From the NCBI GenBank assembly GCA_049297495.1, contig JBAQUL010000014.1:6359-70358 (forward strand): a stretch of DNA of 64,000 nucleotides, written 5' to 3'. This document shows, piece by piece, positions 54,050 to 62,726 of the stretch; position 1 is the stretch's first letter, and every line of letters begins with the position of its first letter. This stretch comes from Candidatus Moraniibacteriota bacterium (GTDB lineage: Bacteria > Patescibacteriota > Minisyncoccia > Moranbacterales > UBA2206). A program made the position numbers and the translations under genes. A model generated the notes under the pieces. The model worked only from the letters and a program-made list of their open reading frames with translations. It was not told where the DNA came from and searched no databases.

Positions 54050-55919
54050 TATTTAACTTGTTCCCACCGTCTCTTTCTTCTTCCGGTTCATCTTCTTTAA
54101 TAAATGAATTTCCCAACGTGTGTGTTTGACTGAATTTGTCCACGTCAGCTTGTGTGTATTTTTCGGTTGGTTCAATATGGTAGTATTCCAGTAAAAATTT
54201 CATCAACTCTCCAAATGTCGGCGCCGCACTAGACTCTGCCCACTGCACCGTCTTGGGGTCATCCAAACGGACAAGAATTGTGAATTTCGGATTATCAATC
54301 GGTGCATATCCCGCAAATGATCCGATGCTTTTTCCATCTTCATAGCCGCCACTTGGTCCCACGACCTGAGCTGTTCCAGTTTTACCTCCGACTAAATAAC
54401 CAGGGACATTCGCTTGCTTCCCATGGCCGTCCACAACGACGCTCCGCAGCATTTGAGATATTTGATAGGCACTCTGTTGTGAAATCACTCGGCGCACTTC
54501 TTGAGTTGACGACTCAGACACACTACCATCGCTATGCATTACACTATCAATAATTTGTGGCTTCAGAAGAATTCCATTATTTGCCAAAACGTTATAGGCC
54601 ATAACTAATTGCAATGGTGTCACAGTAATTCCCTGCCCAAAAGATGCGGTAAAATATTCGATATTTCTCTTTTGATTAGAAAGATTGGAAATATTTCCCG
54701 GAACTTCGGCAAAAATATCCACTCCGGTTGATTCGCCAAAGCCAAATTTCTTGATATAATCGCCGAAAACTTGATTTCCCATGAGCCTTTCCGCATAAAT
54801 CACCCCCGTATTTAAGGATTTTTCCAAAACTTGTGTCATCGTCTGCACACCATTAGATTTGAGATCTGAATTTTTGATTACATACCCAGCCTCGCTAACT
54901 GCCCCGGTATCAACATAGGTTGTCTCCGGACTGATTTTTCCTGCATCAATGGCTGAAGCCAATGTGAAGGACTTGAACACACTGCCACATTCATAAGGAT
55001 CACTAACGGCCAAATTCCTAAATACCTCCATATTTTCCACCTTGGCATATTCATTAGGATTGAAAGTAGGATAGCTTGCCATGGAGATGATCTTGCCCGT
55101 CGCAGCTTCCACGACAATTACAGTGCCCCTTTCCGCTTGATATTTTTCCACTGCCGCTGCCAAAATTTTTTCCACCTTATACTGCACACTATGATCAATA
55201 GTCAAGATTAAATTATCACCATTTTTTGCGTAAGCGATATCTCGCTCGCCTGTTGCAATCCACCTCCCTGATGCATCCTTATTTTGGAAAAGCTTCCCAT
55301 TTTCACCCCGAAGCTCTGATTCGAAAAATAATTCACTGCCATATCTCCCTCCAAATTCGTTATCTTTCCAACCAACAAAGCCCAATATATGTGAAGCGAG
55401 TTCTCCTGCCGGGTAATAGCGAAAGTCTTCATTCGTCAAATGCACGCCTTTCAGTTTTAAATTTTTTATTCCAGTTATCTCATCATCACTAAGTCGATGC
55501 TTTAACACTTCATACATATCGTCCTTCTTGTCCAACTTAACGAGCAGTTCACCATGTTCCAAGCCTAAAGTTGCCGCTAAACCAGTGCTAGCAGCAGTCA
55601 AATCCTCAATCTCTTTTGGCACCGCATATGCCATCTTTGTCTCTCGATTAACTGCAACAGGATAAAGAGCATCTCGATCCTTCAAAAAAATCTCTCCGCG
55701 TTCCGGAATCAGTTTACGAAAAAGTGAATGTTGATTCTCAGCAAGTGCTCGGTAATATCCCTGACTGCTAACTTGCAAAAAATATATTCTTCCAATGATT
55801 ATAAAAACAATAACGACAACCAAGAAGGCCAAAGCATAAATCCTTGGTTTTTTTATGTTTTCCTCGGGAGAGTTCCGAGCGCTAACTCCATATTTTTTAT
55901 TCCTTTGCGCATTGGACAT
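54006..55919 (-). CDS. ftsI: Penicillin-binding protein 2/3 (FtsI-type transpeptidase)
   Basis: N-terminal TM anchor, SVFKSFT (SxxK), SLN (SxN) and GKTGTAQ (KTG) motifs. Confidence 0.85.
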   Translation of the reverse strand: MSNAQRNKKYGVSARNSPEENIKKPRIYALAFLVVVIVFIIIGRIYFLQVSSQGYYRALAENQHSLFRKLIPERGEIFLKDRDALYPVAVNRETKMAYAVPKEIEDLTAASTGLAATLGLEHGELLVKLDKKDDMYEVLKHRLSDDEITGIKNLKLKGVHLTNEDFRYYPAGELASHILGFVGWKDNEFGGRYGSELFFESELRGENGKLFQNKDASGRWIATGERDIAYAKNGDNLILTIDHSVQYKVEKILAAAVEKYQAERGTVIVVEAATGKIISMASYPTFNPNEYAKVENMEVFRNLAVSDPYECGSVFKSFTLASAIDAGKISPETTYVDTGAVSEAGYVIKNSDLKSNGVQTMTQVLEKSLNTGVIYAERLMGNQVFGDYIKKFGFGESTGVDIFAEVPGNISNLSNQKRNIEYFTASFGQGITVTPLQLVMAYNVLANNGILLKPQIIDSVMHSDGSVSESSTQEVRRVISQQSAYQISQMLRSVVVDGHGKQANVPGYLVGGKTGTAQVVGPSGGYEDGKSIGSFAGYAPIDNPKFTILVRLDDPKTVQWAESSAAPTFGELMKFLLEYYHIEPTEKYTQADVDKFSQTHTLGNSFIKEDEPEEERDGGNKLNIEVDKKDGRKTKKK

Positions 55920-55928
55920 TTTTATTCT

Positions 55929-56333
55929 TTATCTTATCGCGACAGTGCTATTAACTTCTAAATAAGTTACATTGACAGGACTAACTAAGTTAAAATCTTG
56001 GGCAGATTTTTCAATCACATACATTGATCGCAACTCCATTTCCCGAATCTGCATCTGCTTATTTTCCTTCTCCAACTCACTGATTTTATTTTCCAATTCA
56101 CGAATATCATAACCCTTAACCGCCAGATCATTTACTTGAAACAAATAATAGGCACAAGAAAAAATTACAAAAAATGCCACCAAAAACCCCGTACTTGCCA
56201 AGCCAATCCTAACACTACCTTTCTTGGATGCAACCAACCCAATCAAAGAAGATTTGTTCTCCTGAACTTTTCTGGATGCCCTTTCGTGATAATTTTGCGA
56301 ACTATGCTTGTTAATGATAAGAATTTTTGCCAT
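55929..56333 (-). CDS. ftsL: FtsL-like cell-division protein (single TM plus coiled coil)
   Basis: 134 aa. TM helix followed by the coiled-coil ELENKISELEKENKQMQIREMEL. Its position between rsmH and ftsI is canonical. Confidence 0.5.
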   Translation of the reverse strand: MAKILIINKHSSQNYHERASRKVQENKSSLIGLVASKKGSVRIGLASTGFLVAFFVIFSCAYYLFQVNDLAVKGYDIRELENKISELEKENKQMQIREMELRSMYVIEKSAQDFNLVSPVNVTYLEVNSTVAIR

Positions 56334-56414
56334 TTTTGTTTTACTATCCAGTTAAGTTGCCATAAGTCCGATTTTTTATGGCAGGATCAACAAGATATTT
56401 TTTTGTTTTTTTAT

Positions 56415-56559
56415 GACTTACGCGTTTACCAAAAACAATCTTTAAAGCGCATGGTTTCCTGGAGTTTGTCTTTTGCTTATTTTAACCCCTAAAACCATTA
56501 AAGCTTTTCCGGATCAATCTTGGCTATAGAAAAGCTTGCTTTTGGCAAACACATAAGTC
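56415..56559 (+). repeat. MITE-like element family F5, copy 2
   Basis: gacttacgcgtttaccaaaaacaatctttaaagcgc...gcttattttaacccctaaaaccattaaagc...aagcttgcttttggcaaacacataagtc. Confidence 0.7.
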
Positions 56560-56567
56560 CTGTTTTT

Positions 56568-57545
56568 TTATTTTGAGATAAATTCACAAACGCGGAGCTT
56601 CGCACTCCTCGCACGTGGATTTCTTTCGACTTCATCAGGACCCGCAATGACTGGTTTTTTTGTTATTATCTTTAATTTTGCCAATTTTTCACAAAGACAG
56701 ACTGGGAAATCTTGGGGACAAATGCATCCCCTAGCATTTTCCCTAAATATTTCTTTCACAATTCTGTCTTCTAATGAATGAAAGGAAATTACCGCGAGCC
56801 TCCCTCCAAAACTGAGCATTCCTATCGCTGCTGACGTAAACTCACGCAAACTGTCCAATTCTTGATTAACTTCAATGCGAATTGCCTGAAATGTTTTTGT
56901 GGCTGGACTGATTCGCCCCCTTCGATATCCATCAGGCACATGGCTCTCAATTATAGAGACCAGCTCTCGCGTACTTCCAATTCTTTTTTTCGCCCGATAG
57001 TCCACAATTCCTCTGACAATATTTTTACAAAATCTCTCTTCTCCATAATTTTTGATAATTCTCTCTAAATCTTCCCGGCTATACTCATTCACGATTTTCT
57101 CAGCTGTCAACTCTTGTGATTGGTCAAAGCGCATATCCAGCGGTGCGTCTAACTGAAAACTAATTCCTCTTTCCGCATCTTCCAGTTGATCAGAGGAATA
57201 GCCAATATCAGCCAAAATCGCATCCACCTTCTCAATTCCTATCGCCTGCAATACATCTTTTAATCCAGAAAAATTATTATTAACTAAATAAATGTTTTTA
57301 AATTTGAAAATTGGGATTTGGAAATTGTTTGGAAATTTAGATTTGGAAATTGGAAATTCCGCAAACCGCTCTATTGCTTTAATATCAGCATCCAAAGCAA
57401 TCAATATTCCCTTATCACCAATAACTCTTAGTATTTCGCGGCTGTGTCCGCCTCCACCAAGCGTTGCATCCACCACAACAGAACCTTCTTTTAAATTCAG
57501 AGCTTCAATTGTTTCTTCCAGTAAAACCGATTTATGGATAGTCAT
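56568..57545 (-). CDS. rsmH: 16S rRNA (cytosine1402-N4)-methyltransferase carrying an in-frame F3 repeat insertion
   Basis: MraW/RsmH motifs (DATLGGGGHS, DIGYSSDQL). The segment FPISKSKFPNNFQIPIFKFKNIY corresponds to the GAAATT repeat at 57296-57368. Start placed at MTIHKSVL because the upstream extension lies in a repeat. Confidence 0.85.
   Translation of the reverse strand: MTIHKSVLLEETIEALNLKEGSVVVDATLGGGGHSREILRVIGDKGILIALDADIKAIERFAEFPISKSKFPNNFQIPIFKFKNIYLVNNNFSGLKDVLQAIGIEKVDAILADIGYSSDQLEDAERGISFQLDAPLDMRFDQSQELTAEKIVNEYSREDLERIIKNYGEERFCKNIVRGIVDYRAKKRIGSTRELVSIIESHVPDGYRRGRISPATKTFQAIRIEVNQELDSLREFTSAAIGMLSFGGRLAVISFHSLEDRIVKEIFRENARGCICPQDFPVCLCEKLAKLKIITKKPVIAGPDEVERNPRARSAKLRVCEFISK
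57296..57368. repeat. F3-type repeat (tttggaaattgtttggaaatttagatttggaaattggaaattcc) within the rsmH coding sequence
   Basis: Tandem (T)TTGGAAATT units ending in the ggaaattggaaattcc palindrome. Confidence 0.55.
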
Positions 57546-57547
57546 GG

Positions 57548-57700
57548 GCTTAATTTTCAATTCACAATTTTCAATTTTCATCAAATTTACAATGTCTCAA
57601 TTTCCAATTATTTTTGATTTTGAAAATTTTAAATTGAAAATTGATTGCCTGCCTGCCGGTAGGCAGGTAAATTGTAAATTGGTTATTGAAAATTTTATTA
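57548..57700. repeat. Composite F3 plus F4 repeat block between rsmH and mraZ (inverted GAAAATTG arrays flanking gcctgcctgccggtaggcaggta)
   Basis: aattttcaattcacaattttcaattttcatc ... ttgaaaattttaaattgaaaattgattgcctgcctgccggtaggcaggtaaattgtaaattgg. Confidence 0.55.
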
Positions 57701-58171
57701 ATATACTCCCAGCTTACCTAGTTGTTCAGCAATCTCATCAGTATTTTTTTCAGCATTCTTTTTATATTCATTCCATTTTACTTCGTCCCAGATTTCCAGG
57801 CGATTATAGATTCCGGCGATAATCACATTTTTGTCCAAGCCGGCATATTCTTTCAAATAATCTGGAATCAAGATTCTCCCTTGCTTGTCAGTTTCCACAT
57901 CAGTCGCTCCCGCAAGCATAAGTCGCACAAAACTTCTCGTGCCTGACTCTCCAACTGGAATCGCTCCCAGTTTTTCAGCTAACGCTTGCCAAACCTTCAT
58001 CGGATAAATAAAAAGGCATTTGTCGAGTCCGCGCGTCACAACCACTTTGTTTTTCAACTCATCGCGAAACTTGCTTGGCACCGCCAATCTTTTTTTTGGA
58101 TCAATCGAATGTTGGTATTCGCCGATAAACATAAGTGTTTTTTTATCAATTCCCCACTTTTCACCACTCAT
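57698..58171 (-). CDS. mraZ: Transcriptional regulator MraZ (tandem SpoVT/AbrB-like domains)
   Basis: MFIGEYQHSIDPKKRLAVPSKFR with a duplicated DxxxR motif. First gene of the dcw cluster. Confidence 0.85.
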   Translation of the reverse strand: MSGEKWGIDKKTLMFIGEYQHSIDPKKRLAVPSKFRDELKNKVVVTRGLDKCLFIYPMKVWQALAEKLGAIPVGESGTRSFVRLMLAGATDVETDKQGRILIPDYLKEYAGLDKNVIIAGIYNRLEIWDEVKWNEYKKNAEKNTDEIAEQLGKLGVY

Positions 58172-58193
58172 ATAGACTACAAATCTATTTTAC

Positions 58194-58218
58194 CCCACTA
58201 GCTCGCACTCGTCAACAC
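58194..58218 (-). promoter_or_regulatory. Three direct GTGNN repeats at 10-bp spacing upstream of mraZ (candidate MraZ autoregulatory boxes)
   Basis: On the minus strand: GTGTTgacgaGTGCGagctaGTGGGgtaa, 25-50 nt upstream of the mraZ ATG. E. coli MraZ binds GTGGG repeats with the same periodicity. Confidence 0.4.
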
Positions 58219-58265
58219 ATTTAGCATAAACTAAAAACGCCTAGCTTAAGCCTTTATTAAAAAAG

Positions 58266-58290
58266 TTATCCACAGGATGTGGACAAAATT
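58266..58290. promoter_or_regulatory. Inverted pair of DnaA-box-like 9-mers (TTATCCACA ... TGTGGACAA)
   Basis: aaaagttatccacaggatgtggacaaaa in the mraZ / 58462 divergent intergenic region. Confidence 0.3.
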
Positions 58291-58396
58291 TCGCTTTTCC
58301 CATATTTCAAAATAAAAATCATTCATCACTCATTAAAAAAATACTTTTCATCGATTTTAAAAAATAATAAAATATTCCATTCTCCAAAAAAATTAC

Positions 58397-58425
58397 TTGC
58401 ACAATAATCCTAAAAAATGTATAAT
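58397..58425 (+). promoter_or_regulatory. Sigma70-like promoter TTGCAC-17-(TG)TATAAT for gene 58462..59229
   Basis: TTGCAC at 58397-58402, extended -10 TGTATAAT at 58418-58425, and ATG at 58462. Confidence 0.4.
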
Positions 58426-58461
58426 TGCTTTATAAAATAAAAATACTAAAACAAAACAAAG

Positions 58462-59229
58462 ATGGAAGAAAAAAATATTAACGATGACAATAAGAACGCG
58501 GAAAAAATTCAAGCACTCCGTGATATGATTTCTACGGCTGAAACAACTCTGCAAGGAGCCAAATCAATGCTCTTGCAACTTGAAGGCAAGAAGAAAGTCG
58601 GCAGAAGAAGAAAAGCTGAAGACTCCGATGATGAAAAAGTAATTGAAGGAACTTTCGATGGTCAGATTATGCTAGGAACTGATGGAAAACAATACCCTGT
58701 TCCAGCTAACTACGCTTCAAAATCAAAATTAGTCAAAGGCGACATGATGAAGCTGTCAATCACTAGTGACGGCTCTTTTATCTATAAACAAATCGGACCA
58801 GTCATAAGAAAGATGGCAATTGGCACAGTCAATCAAGACACTGATGGAAACTATTTTGTCGTGGCCGAAGGCAAGGCCTATCGAGTCTTACTTGCTTCCA
58901 TCACATACTTCAAAGTGGAGCCGGGTGATGAGGTAACGCTAGTCACTCCTCGTGATCTCGACTCCGAATGGGGTGCAATTGAAAATCTCTTACAGAAATC
59001 TCGTGAAAAAGAAACACCAAAAAGAGAGATTTCCCAAGACATTGGCGGATTCAAAAAAATTGACGATATTTTCAATGAAAAACCAACATCGGTTGAGCCA
59101 GTCACAAAGACAGCACCAACACTAAAAAATGAAGTCATCCCCAGTAGCGATAATCTTTCAGCTATCGACGAATGGATGCCCAACCTAGAGGAGCTACGAA
59201 AAGAACTTGAAGAAAAAACGAACGAATAA
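58462..59229 (+). CDS. Hypothetical protein (coiled-coil N-terminus)
   Basis: 255 aa with no recognised domain. Confidence 0.45.
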   Translation: MEEKNINDDNKNAEKIQALRDMISTAETTLQGAKSMLLQLEGKKKVGRRRKAEDSDDEKVIEGTFDGQIMLGTDGKQYPVPANYASKSKLVKGDMMKLSITSDGSFIYKQIGPVIRKMAIGTVNQDTDGNYFVVAEGKAYRVLLASITYFKVEPGDEVTLVTPRDLDSEWGAIENLLQKSREKETPKREISQDIGGFKKIDDIFNEKPTSVEPVTKTAPTLKNEVIPSSDNLSAIDEWMPNLEELRKELEEKTNE

Positions 59230-59254
59230 AAAATACTAACTTTAAAAAAATCAG

Positions 59255-59398
59255 GACTTACGCGTTTGCCAAAAGCAAGCTTTTCTATAGCCAGAATTGA
59301 TCTGGGAAAAACCTTAATGGCTTTAGGGTTAAAATAAGCAAAAACAAACTCTAAAAAACCAAGCGCTTTAAAGATTGTTTTTGGTAAACGTGTAAGTC
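59255..59398 (-). repeat. MITE-like element family F5, copy 3 (inverted orientation)
   Basis: gacttacgcgtttgccaaaagcaagcttttctatagcc...ggtaaacgtgtaagtc is the reverse complement of copies 1 and 2. Confidence 0.7.
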
Positions 59399-59410
59399 AT
59401 AAAAATAAAT

Positions 59411-60061
59411 ATGGAAGAAATAAAAATGACGAGAAAAGACGTCGCGTTTGCAACTGGCGCCGGCCTTCTTATTGGACTTCTGCTGCTCCCAGTTCTAAAA
59501 ACCGCCAAACCAGAACTCTATTACAGTCTATCACTCTGGATTGTGCCATTTTTTCTCATTGCCACTCCCTTTGGGCTAACTGTCGCCTATTATATCAGCA
59601 AAAAAATTGCCGTCATCTGGCAACTAGGGAAATTCGGTGTCACAGGAGTGATGAATGTTTTGGTTGATATGGGCGTCCTCTCTCTGCTGATCGCCTTTTT
59701 CAGGGATTCATTTAGGATTAATGCCAAAGATGCGGTCATAGCTGGACTGGGAATTCTCACTTTCTATTCCCTCTATAAAGCCGCTTCCTTCATCATTGCC
59801 AACATCAACAGCTACCTTTGGAACAAATATTGGACCTTCAATCAAACTGGTGAAAAGAAAACTGAATTTATCCAATTTTTTCTCGTCAGTGTTCTTGGCT
59901 TCATCATCAACGTCACTGTCGCATCACTAGTTTTCCGCTTGGGCAATCCCACTGGCGATCTTTCACAAGGACAATGGGGTCTAATCGGCGCCGCCATGGG
60001 AAGTATTGTCGGCCTGGCTTGGAATTTCATTGGTTACAAGTTTTTCGTTTTCAAAAAATAG
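59411..60061 (+). CDS. GtrA-family membrane protein with an N-terminal 2-TM extension
   Basis: KFGVTGVMNVLVDMGVL and YLWNKYWTF motifs of the GtrA family. Confidence 0.55.
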   Translation: MEEIKMTRKDVAFATGAGLLIGLLLLPVLKTAKPELYYSLSLWIVPFFLIATPFGLTVAYYISKKIAVIWQLGKFGVTGVMNVLVDMGVLSLLIAFFRDSFRINAKDAVIAGLGILTFYSLYKAASFIIANINSYLWNKYWTFNQTGEKKTEFIQFFLVSVLGFIINVTVASLVFRLGNPTGDLSQGQWGLIGAAMGSIVGLAWNFIGYKFFVFKK

Positions 60062-60179
60062 CTATTTTTAACCAAAAATCCTGTCACTTAGGCAGGATTT
60101 TTCTTTTTGTCTAAATGGTGGTAAGCTAGGAATATAAGAAGCGCCAAAGCTTACAATCCGGAAAAGTCTTTATTTATTT

Positions 60180-60333
60180 CCCCTTCTCCATTAGGGAGAA
60201 GGTGGCCAAAGGCCGGATGAGGGCAAGGGTGTTATATTGAGCAAAAACGAAGCTAGTTTAGATTATTCCTAATATATAGCCCTTGCCCTCACCTGTCACG
60301 TGCTCGCGACATCCTCTCCCGAAGGGCGAGGAG
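60180..60333. repeat. Structured palindromic element family F2, copy C (upstream of dnaX)
   Basis: ccccttctccattagggagaaggtggccaaaggccggatgagggcaagggtg...cccttgccctcacctgtcacgtgctcgcgacatcctctcccgaagggcgaggag. Confidence 0.7.
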
Positions 60334-60361
60334 ATTAGGTACTAAAATCGCAAAAAAAATC

Positions 60362-62029
60362 ATGTCCCAAACCCTTTATAGAAAATATCGTCCAAAAAAC
60401 TTTTCGGAAATTATCGGACAAGCGCACATTGTGCGCACTCTTTCCAATGCCATCAAAAATAACCGTGTCGCCCACGCCTATCTTTTTACTGGTCCCCGCG
60501 GTACCGGAAAAACCACTTTCGCCAGAATCTTCGCGAAAACCATTAACTGCCAGGACCACGCCGATATCAATGCTTGCGAAAAATGCCCAGCTTGCCTCAC
60601 CATTCAATCAGGAAAAACTCTCGATATCATCGAAATTGACGCGGCCTCCAATACCGGTGTGGACAATATCCGCGAGCTAAAAGAAACAATTGCTCTTCCT
60701 CCAACCCTCTTGAAATATAAAGTCTATATTATTGACGAGGCCCACATGCTTTCGACCGGAGCGTGGAATGCTCTGCTCAAAACCCTTGAGGAACCACCTG
60801 CCCATGTCATCTTTATCATGGCCACAACTGAGATTCATAAAGTTCCGGCCACCATCGTTTCTCGCTGTCAGAAATTCGACTTTCCGCGCTGGCCAATGGC
60901 TGACATCATTGAAAAGCTAACCTTAATTGCTAAGGAAGAAAAAATTACCGTTGAAAAAGAAGCGCTGGAGATGATCGCGCTATCAGCCGAAGGCGGAATG
61001 CGCGACGCTGAATCACTACTTGGTCAAATCATTGCGCTTGAAAATCAAACTATTTCTGCTAAAGATGTGGAAGAAATTTTGGGTACAGTGGATAAGAGTT
61101 TTATTGGCGATGTGGCGGAAGAAATTGTCTCGAAAAATACGAAAAAAGCACTAGAGAAAATCAATGAACTCATCTCTGGTGGCTATGATTTGCAGATATT
61201 CAACAAAGCCCTTACTAATCATTTCAGACAACTAATGCTTCTCAAAATTGATGAAAATTTCAAAACCTATTTCGTACGCGAACTGACCCAAGATAAGATT
61301 GAAAAACTCGTCGCACAAGCAAAGAAAAGTGAGCTCTCGCAAATTGTAGCCACCATTGATTTGCTCTTGGTCGCACAAAATAAATTATTCTCCTTCCTTC
61401 TCCCCCAGCTCGCACTCGAAATTGCCATCATCAAAGCCACGCAGAAGTTTCCCGCACCGGCTCAAATGATATCTAGTATCAAGTATGAGGTAGCTAGTAT
61501 AAATGCGGAGAATAAACCAGTAGCTAAGCTAGGTGAGCAGGAAACAAGAAATGCCACTCCCCTTTCCGCTCACAAGATAGAACCTGATTCGAAGCCAGCG
61601 CAATCACAACAGACGAAGAGCACTGCCATAAATTCCGCTGTGGAAATTGACCGTGATATGCTCAAGAGCCGTTGGAACCGCCTGCTCATCGATATCCGCC
61701 CCTACAACCACTCCCTCTGCGCACTCCTTACCAACTGCCAAATTTTGACCACAGAAGGCAATCTCATCACACTTGCCACGCCCTATGAGTTCTATAAGGA
61801 AAAACTAGAAGATCCGCAAAATAGATTGACAATCGAGGAAGTTTTTAGTAAGATTTTAGAATTGGCCGTTCGGATTCAAGTGGTCGTCGACAAGACCCTG
61901 GCTCCTGTTCAAAACTCCTGCGCCGACGACGAAATCGAGCAAGCCAAAGAAAAAGAAAAAACCACCCACGAACAATCATCTCTTCTCAGCTCCGCAATGG
62001 AAATTATGGGTGGGAAGATTGTAGAATGA
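60362..62029 (+). CDS. dnaX: DNA polymerase III subunit gamma/tau
   Basis: Walker A GPRGTGKTT, Zn module CQDHADINACEKCPAC and an SRC sensor motif. Confidence 0.9.
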   Translation: MSQTLYRKYRPKNFSEIIGQAHIVRTLSNAIKNNRVAHAYLFTGPRGTGKTTFARIFAKTINCQDHADINACEKCPACLTIQSGKTLDIIEIDAASNTGVDNIRELKETIALPPTLLKYKVYIIDEAHMLSTGAWNALLKTLEEPPAHVIFIMATTEIHKVPATIVSRCQKFDFPRWPMADIIEKLTLIAKEEKITVEKEALEMIALSAEGGMRDAESLLGQIIALENQTISAKDVEEILGTVDKSFIGDVAEEIVSKNTKKALEKINELISGGYDLQIFNKALTNHFRQLMLLKIDENFKTYFVRELTQDKIEKLVAQAKKSELSQIVATIDLLLVAQNKLFSFLLPQLALEIAIIKATQKFPAPAQMISSIKYEVASINAENKPVAKLGEQETRNATPLSAHKIEPDSKPAQSQQTKSTAINSAVEIDRDMLKSRWNRLLIDIRPYNHSLCALLTNCQILTTEGNLITLATPYEFYKEKLEDPQNRLTIEEVFSKILELAVRIQVVVDKTLAPVQNSCADDEIEQAKEKEKTTHEQSSLLSSAMEIMGGKIVE

Positions 62030-62130
62030 TGTATTAAGTAGGATGTATAATGTATAATGTATTTTAATTTAAAAAATCTTTCAGATTTTTTTTGCTTGAT
62101 ACTTAATACTCAATACATAATACTTACCCA

Positions 62131-62205
62131 GTGGGGAGTAGCCAAGTGGTAAGGCACCCCGCCTCGGCGGGGCATGCGAAGGTTCGAATTCTACAGCCCC
62201 AACAT
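62131..62205 (+). pseudogene. tRNA-like degenerate copy (5' half identical to tRNA-Gln; aberrant anticodon and T arms)
   Basis: The 5' portion TGGGGAGTAGCCAAGTGGTAAGGCA is identical to the tRNA at 62490. The anticodon arm ccccg-cctcgg-cgggg has a 6-nt loop, and the T-stem and acceptor 3' strand pair poorly. Confidence 0.4.
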
Positions 62206-62219
62206 TGTGTAAAAAAATT

Positions 62220-62471
62220 ATGTTCTTTTTTGTTTATATTCTCAGAAGTATTAAAGATAATAAGCTCTATATTGGTCAAACCAATAATTTAGAAGATAGA
62301 CTCTTGAGACACAATGCTGGTAAAGTTACTACTACGAAAAATAGAAGACCATTTGCTATGGTTCATAAAGAAGAATACCTGAGCAGAGCGGAAGCAATGC
62401 AACGAGAAAAATATTTGAAATCGCTAAAAGGAGATTTAGAAAGAAAATTGAATATAAAATTTGGAAATTAA
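62220..62471 (+). CDS. GIY-YIG nuclease family protein (YhbQ/UPF0213-like)
   Basis: FFFVYILRSIKDNKLYIGQTNNLEDRLLRHNAGK ... YLSRAEAMQREKYLK is a GIY-YIG-type motif, closely resembling E. coli YhbQ. The track ORF begins at a TTG at 62205; an ATG at 62220 is preferred. Confidence 0.7.
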   Translation: MFFFVYILRSIKDNKLYIGQTNNLEDRLLRHNAGKVTTTKNRRPFAMVHKEEYLSRAEAMQREKYLKSLKGDLERKLNIKFGN

Positions 62472-62489
62472 ATAAATTGCACCCAGAGT

Positions 62490-62561
62490 TGGGGAGTAGC
62501 CAAGTGGTAAGGCAGGGGCCTTTGAAGCCCCCATGCGAAGGTCCGAATCCTTCCTCCCCAA
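62490..62561 (+). tRNA. tRNA-Gln (anticodon UUG)
   Basis: Manual fold: acceptor TGGGGAG/CTCCCCA (U1:A72), D-arm GCC-AAGTGGTAA-GGC, anticodon arm GGGGC-CTTTGAA-GCCCC, variable CATGC, T-arm GAAGG-TCCGAAT-CCTTC, discriminator A. 72 nt. Confidence 0.8.
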
Positions 62562-62579
62562 CCTTGTGTGTAATATCAA

Positions 62580-62637
62580 AAGTGTAAGGCACCCCGCCGT
62601 GGCGGGGCATGCGAAGGTCCGAATCCTTCCTCCCCAA
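62580..62637 (+). pseudogene. Partial tRNA copy (3' two-thirds: D-loop remnant, aberrant anticodon arm, intact T-arm and acceptor 3' strand)
   Basis: agtgtaaggcaccccgccgtggcggggcatgcgaaggtccgaatccttcctccccaa. The 3' 31 nt are identical to tRNA-Gln and the middle resembles copy 62131. It lacks the 5' acceptor strand. Confidence 0.4.
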
Positions 62638-62726
62638 CATAGGTCATGTAACTTACCACGTTACCAAAAAATAAGCCTTACCTAAAAATAGCTATGAATT
62701 ACTCTTAGGTTGGAAGAAATAAAAAT

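Noticed and set aside
62131-62205. Calling the first tRNA-like sequence a functional tRNA (e.g. Arg-UCG)
   Set aside because: It has a 6-nt anticodon loop, weak T-stem pairing (GAAGG/TCTAC) and a mismatched acceptor 3' strand. It is treated as a degenerate copy.
62356-62640. 94-aa minus-strand ORF
   Set aside because: It overlaps the tRNA-Gln gene and tRNA fragments on the opposite strand and has no coding signal.
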